A DNA stretch of 38,573 nucleotides. It comes from Trichosphaerium sp. ATCC 40318 (lineage: Eukaryota; Protista; Tubulinea). Shown here one piece after another: positions 32,347 to 38,573 of the stretch (within the stretch, counting starts at the first letter, position 1; the number at the start of each line of letters is the position of its first letter). The DNA lies in the NCBI GenBank assembly GCA_038496445.1, contig JALMLS010000606.1, positions 1-38,573 of the forward strand, read 5' to 3'. The notes beneath the pieces were generated by a model. That model made no database searches, had not been told where the DNA came from, and saw only the letters and a program-made list of their open reading frames with translations. A program made the translations under genes and the position numbers.

Positions 32347-35309
32347 ATGAGCTTAACGGAAGTTTTACCACCAGAAATACTTCAACATGTGCATAATATT
32401 ATACCAACGCGTAAGGAAGGCAATAATGGAATGTTTAGGTTTTCTTTTACATACCCCTACAATTACTCACTACAAATGCCCAAGTACGCCTTAAACGAGG
32501 GTTTCTTATGCATAACGAATAACGGTTAACGCCTAAATACGCTTTAGGTTTGTAAGCTCTTCAACGACGTTATTAACCTCCCGTCTACATGGAAAAAGCC
32601 TTTAATTGCTAGATTGGGTATTGATTACGAAAAAGGTAAAAGAGTGGGAGAACTTGAACCGAAACACGTTTTTTTTTCCAACAAGGCAACTTTTTAACAT
32701 GATTTGGTTAGTTGATACAGCCATTCACAGTGCAGGAGCGTCATGGATAATTTTGGCACAGATGATATTGAAATCACCAAGGACGGAATTACTCTGGAAG
32801 TTCACAGCTATTGATCAAGTAAGTGTTTGGTCATCGTACTTTTTTTCGTATTTGTTGTTGTAAATTAGACATTTGCTTTCACGTGATTTCTCGATTGAGG
32901 TGGTCTGTAACCAGTTCTATCTTTATACACTAAAAAGAACTCTCTAATGAAACTACAAAAGTAATTTTCTTGGTGTATTTGACATCCATTGTAGCTCATG
33001 TTTGGTTCTTTTCTTGAGGATTCAGTAAACTTTAAGTTTTCAAAAGGTGGTTTTAATCAAAGAAGAAGTTCAAAGACAGATATCGCCTATCTTGAGAAGA
33101 TTACTGTTGATGGCATAGTCAAAGTAGTTTGCCATCCTTTCAAATTATGTGCAAAAGACTATATGAAACATTTATATAGCCCTGAATGTAAATATGACGT
33201 AACAAGTACGAAGGCACTAGCTTTCGCACAAGGTTTACTTACTTTTTCTTTAAGGTAAGTTTATGTGCTTGCTGGTTGGAGGCCTTTTGATTGAGGAAGC
33301 TAAGTTTGCCGAGAGGCTTATTGAAAGCCTTATATCCGCGTATGAAGAAAACAAGAATGACTTTGGCGGTCACAGGTAAAGCAACATTAACGTTCCTTTT
33401 TTTTCTTCCTGTTTTTTTCTTACTATTTTGCAAAGGCTTGTCCAGTTTTTGTGTTATATGATATCTTACTTACCACTACCTACTGAAATCATATCAAACA
33501 CATATACTCAAGACGATAGCGATGATGATGATGATAAAACAGATTTTCTATGTGAATGGTCAGACAAGTTCTTGACACTTGTTAAGCTCTTATCACCTCA
33601 CCATTTCCGACTTGTACAAAAAGCCCTTGATAAGCGAATAGAATATTGTAAAGCCATTAAGGTAATGCAATGTATATACATCACTAAAAGCTCACAAACA
33701 TTTAATAGAACCCTCTTACTGAGGCTTGTTTCATAGAAGGTTTAAACTACAAAAAACCTATTACTTTTGAACCTAGAAAACCTTTAAAGATAAAACAAAA
33801 TATGTCTATATGGGACATGACACCAATGGATATTGCAATAGACTATACTCTTCAAACACATAAAATGTGCGTAATGGTATCTGTAGTTAGTCAATACCTA
33901 GTTAAATAGTGCCTATGTTACCTAGTTGACTCTTGCGTTGTGCTCTTGACAACAATGCCCACATAGAAACAAAAATAGTCAAATAACTTAGTATTGACTA
34001 CCATGCTATTGTATTTGTGCTTTATGCTTTTTTTAAATATTTAATAGGATGCGTGCATGCCAAATTAAATACCATCCGACAATAACACACTCTTCTCTGA
34101 TGGCAATTATAGCTCGGTTTAACAATGTACAAAACAATTTTTGTTTGAAAAAGAAGCAAAAACAAAGTAGCTTCACTTGCAGGTTTTTTTATTCACGTTT
34201 TAACGTTGTTCTAAAGAACGAACGATGTAAGAAATGATTTGTTAATTAACTTATTTATATATAGCATAGCAATTACTTGATAGGTGAAATACTGTCTTTT
34301 ACAGAAATCAAAGAAAGAGCACGGAGAATAAAGTTTATGATTGAAGTCATTGGATGTTTTGTTAAACTTGGTAACACAAATGACGCTACGCTATTTTTGT
34401 CAGTACTACAAAATTGTGTCATCTACAGACTAAAATCAACATACCTCATCGTGCGTAGCAACCTATTTTTAACTTTTCTCCAACACGTGGATTTCATGCG
34501 ACAGCAGAAAAATTCTCAATTTTTTTAAAAGAAATGCCATCTCTTTACGAGTATTATAAAGGCTTTATTAATTATATTTTGACTTTGTATACTTATTATC
34601 ACATTTATATTTTATAACATACAAGAGTGTTTGGTAAAACGAGACCACAAAAATAATCGTGTTCTTTAGATTCAAAAAAAATGGAAAGATATCCACAAAC
34701 AACTATGTGAATATCGATCACTTATTTCTGCTGAAAAAGGATACATGGCTCTTCGAAGGTTTATAAGGGTATGTTTTTTTTTGATTAATTTGGGTTTGTT
34801 TTTTCCACAATAATCTCCTCTTTGAGCTTACATTAATATGTTAAATTAGAAACGTCAGGATACACATTTGCCTCAAATACCTTACTTAGGCCTTTTCCTA
34901 TGTGACTTAACGTTTATTAAAGAAGGTAAGCAATACAACAACTTTCAACTACAAATGAAAATTTGCAAGTTACACCTCGTTACCTTTTATCGCATAGCTT
35001 TAAGCTATGCTTCCTTTTTCAGTTAAAAAGTTATAAATTCTATTACCACACATTCTATGCCCGCACTAACCAATATAAACAAAAAAAGGTCATGTGGCAA
35101 CAGCACCATTTGTGAGTGTTCAGCGGTGGGAAAAAGCATTTCAAAAAACTAGTCAATTCATTGAATGTCTTGTACCTTGTTACAATTATAAGTCTAATCA
35201 CTTTATACAACAAGAATTTGAAAAATGGCATACAACAATGTGTGACAACGATTTTTATAGGATAAGTATGAACGTGGAACCCAGAAATAGGGGCAAGAAA
35301 AAAAAATGA
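32347..35309 (+). CDS. RasGEF (CDC25-type) with an N-terminal F-box (about 12 exons)
   Basis: LPPEILQH|VFFYIP…|VCKLFNDVINLPSTWK (F-box); TPMDIAIDYTL, IARFNN, ERARRIKFMI, IYRLKSTY, PQIPYLGLFLCDLTFIKEG, FYRISMNVEPR. Confidence 0.85.
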
Positions 35310-35846
35310 AGACAATCGCAATAAAATCCTGTACCTTTTCATCTAAAGAGTTACCTAGTACAAATCGTTAGCAGGTATGTGAATGAAGCTATCTCATCAT
35401 TGCCTCGTAATAAGCCTTGAACGTTCAATGGAAAGTGCAAAAGCTATATGGAATATACTGCTTTGCATTTTCTGTTAAGTTTATCACTGCTACACCGCTG
35501 CTTTGCTCAACCAACTAACCCGATCCATATCTTGTGAAGTACTACTCCTGCTTTTAATGTATCCCGTGGTCTTTCAAAACGATATTCGGTTGACTATGGG
35601 GTGTTGCAAACATGTCGTTTAACCCAATTTGAAACATTTCTACTACTGGCAATGTTTGGCTAATGATGACTTCAGGAGTACCTCGTTTTGTTCTCAATAC
35701 TGCCCAACCTCCTTGGAGCCACCGTTTAGATGTATTACATTAATAGAGTGATGAATTGTATTTTTGTTAAGCAAGGGTTTCGGAATAAACGTAGAAGAGG
35801 CTTAACAATTTTTCGTTTATTTTTTTTTTGCTGCATTGGTTTTTGT

Positions 35847-38573
35847 TTACTTTTTACGTTTGTAACGCTTTGCAGACTTAAAACCTTTCTTTTGTCGTTT
35901 TGCAGCAGGTGCAAGGAATGGATTCCATTCTTGTGGCTTTGGTCTCTTTCTAGCAAGACGTTTCTCAAATAATGTCGTTGCTGTGATGAGTTTTTTATCA
36001 CTTTTTTGACGAGCATCTCTTTTACCTTTTTGTAAAAAAATAACGTCAGTACCAATATAAAAAATAATGAAGAAAGGTTTTTTAGAGAAGCACATAATGT
36101 ATAGTTACTTGTGATGCATAATTTAATATTTTGAAAAAAGAGCAACAGAGAAATGGAGGTGTTTTTTCGGAAAATAAGAAAAAAGAAAGAAAAAACGATG
36201 TACGTACTTCCTTTTTGTAGATTACCACTCTTGTACATAGATTTAGCTCGTTTAAATATCTTTGCTTTTTGCTCATCTAAAAAAATGGTGTAAGATAAGG
36301 TCAAGCGACAGAGTAAAGGGTTTTAATTTCAGTGAAACAAGGGGAAAAAAAAAGTTCAATTCTGGATTTTACTGTACCTGATACGTGTTTGTTGATTCGT
36401 TTTTCCCTGCGCACAATCCTACTTCCTCGGTTTACACTTGGTGAATAACGTTCATATACCTAAAGAAGAAAAAAAACAGAATAAGAATGGATTTTTCAGC
36501 TAGATTTGGAAGAGGAAAACTTACAGCTTCTTTAGCTTGTTTTAGCTTTTTATCTTCTGGATTATGGTCCTCTAGGTACTTTTTCTTTGCTTGTTCTAAA
36601 GATAGATAAATATAATGTATCTGAGGCAGTCAAAATACAAAAAACGGCAACAACCAAATCGTAAACAATAAAAAAAAAAACGTACTGTCATGCCACCGTC
36701 TCTCTTTATTACTCATAATCCAAGGTCGTGTCTAAATATTCTTGTTAGTATTGTATTATTGGTAATGATCTGTCTGCCTCTACTGAATATAATAACAGCT
36801 AGCACGTGTACTTCAAAACAAAATAACAAAAACTTTTAAACGGAAAAAGAAAAACTCATACTTCGAGCTCTCTTCCTTCAACAACATCAGTCAATGTTTC
36901 TTGCAATTTACCAGCTCTCACAAGCTCATTTTCTTGTCTTTCCATGAGAAGAACATTATCATATTCGTTCCTGATCATTTATAAATGAGTACACAAAAAA
37001 AATAGTCACAAAACAGAAAAAAAAGCAAGAAAAAATGAAACGCACTTCATGACTTGAACTTGCTCTGTATACTTTTTAATCAAACCAGGATCTATAATAC
37101 GTTGTTTTGCCTATAATAAAACGTAAGAAATTTGCGCCAAAATAAGTTACTGAAGGAGATATCACGTCAAAAAAAAATGCATTTATACGTTTATAACTGT
37201 ATATTTTAAGATATCTTTCAATAAGTGCTTGTCTTCTCTTGTTGCAAATGTAATACTACGACCATGACGACCAGCACGAGCAGTTCTACCTACTCGGTGG
37301 ACATAACTTTGTACTTGTAGAGGTACTTCAAAGTTTATAACCTAAACAACAAACTTAGACATTACTCTATTTCATATAGGTTTTGTGCGTACTGTCTGGA
37401 CTCCAATTATATCTAACCCACGTGCTGCAATCTCTGTAGCAACTAGGACATCAATTTTACCATCTCTGAAATCATTCATTGTTTGTAATCGCTATTAAAA
37501 GTTAGAGCTTCGAAACAACATACTGTTCATTTTTTTATATAAATACCTTGTTTTGTTTTACTTCTCCCGAAAGCTCACCAGCTTTAATACCCAATAAACA
37601 AAGCCTTACACATAGATTATGACAACGTCTTCTGAATCGAGAGAATATAACAACTTGAGATGAAAACTCTTGTAACAAAGCTAGAGAAAAAATAAGCAAA
37701 CTCGTTCAGATAACAAAAAAAAACTGTCTTCAGCTCGCCACTGACAACTTTTACAAAGTTCAAAGATGACGCTGTGTACTTACCTAATAGAGTAGGTACT
37801 CTGGTTTCTACCTTGACTTGAACGAACTCCTGTACTAAATTCTCTGGTGCACTGAACTTTGCGTCCATGTGTACTTTTGCTGGTTTTTTCTCAACACAAA
37901 CAAGCTTTGCAAGTTTTGCTATGCCTAGATATTTCATAACCATTAGTTACTGCTGTATTGATGAATGCGTATAATATAATAACAAAGAAATATTTTTAAG
38001 TTACTCACTTGATGTTAGGGTTGCAGAAAATAGAAGAGATTGGCGTTGATATGGAAGTGCGTTGACAAGTTTATCAACAACGGGAGAGAACCCCATATCA
38101 AGTATACGATCAGCCTCATCAATAACAAACAGCTCTAAGTCTTCTAATCCAAATCCTTGTGTGCTTAAGAGATGATCAAGAAGTCTACCTAACCGTGAGT
38201 GTCAGACTAACGATTCTGTGTAGAAAAGTATGTAAAAAGACCACTGCAACAACTTCACATGTCTTTCAGTGACACTGTATCGTACCTGGTGTTGCTACTA
38301 TAATATCTGGTTGGCCTGCAAGAAACCTTTTTTGTTTATCCATTGAAAGACCACCTGTGATTAGACAAGTTGATACATCAACTGCAAAGAGAAATTAAGC
38401 ACACAGATGAGAAAAAAATTTAAAACTCCTTACCGTATTGTGCCAAGTTATGTATTACTGACTCGCATTGAGCTGCAAGTTCTCTTGTAGGTTCCAATAT
38501 AACTGCTTTTACGCATCTTTGATAACTTGTATAACATTAGTAAATGGTTAAGGTCACTATCAATGTACCCAGC
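35847..38573 (-). CDS. DDX27: DEAD-box RNA helicase DDX27/DRS1 (5' part lies outside the window)
   Basis: [43 protein letters not shown]-terminal [11 protein letters not shown]. Confidence 0.88.

Noticed and set aside
1-38573. Stop-codon reassignment as the cause of ORF fragmentation
   Set aside because: Conserved genes are restored by short introns, and TAA, TAG and TGA all serve as terminators.

Overview
AT-rich eukaryotic nuclear DNA with gene-dense packing, many short spliceosomal introns (mostly about 45-100 nt) and the standard genetic code. The gene content suggests an amoeba-like protist, probably Amoebozoa (inference). Splicing by hand gives about 20 genes or gene remnants: two intronless F-box/LRR paralogues (one frameshifted), an F-box multipass membrane protein, a C2-domain protein, a secreted His-brace LPMO-like protein with CBM6 and an extra beta-module, a Trp-rich repeat protein with a PD-(D/E)XK-like domain, a TauD-family dioxygenase, Sgf11/ATXN7L3, a phospholipase B1-like GDSL lipase, BLOC1S4, a probably GPI-anchored surface protein, a divergent ADP/ATP-carrier-like protein, aspartylglucosaminidase, an EGF-7TM protein, an F-box-RasGEF and DDX27/DRS1. 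Main highlights: (1) an LPMO-like enzyme of a family I cannot assign, carrying bacterial-type modules; (2) unusual splicing, with two U12-type introns in one gene (one apparently GT-CG) and frequent GC-AG introns whose donors overlap an over-represented CACGTG motif; (3) two adjacent TA-flanked MITE/hairpins in one intron, whose mismatches read as G:U pairs on the transcribed strand; (4) an intergenic mosaic of decayed fragments from two neighbouring genes. All exon models are manual and unverified by transcript data.
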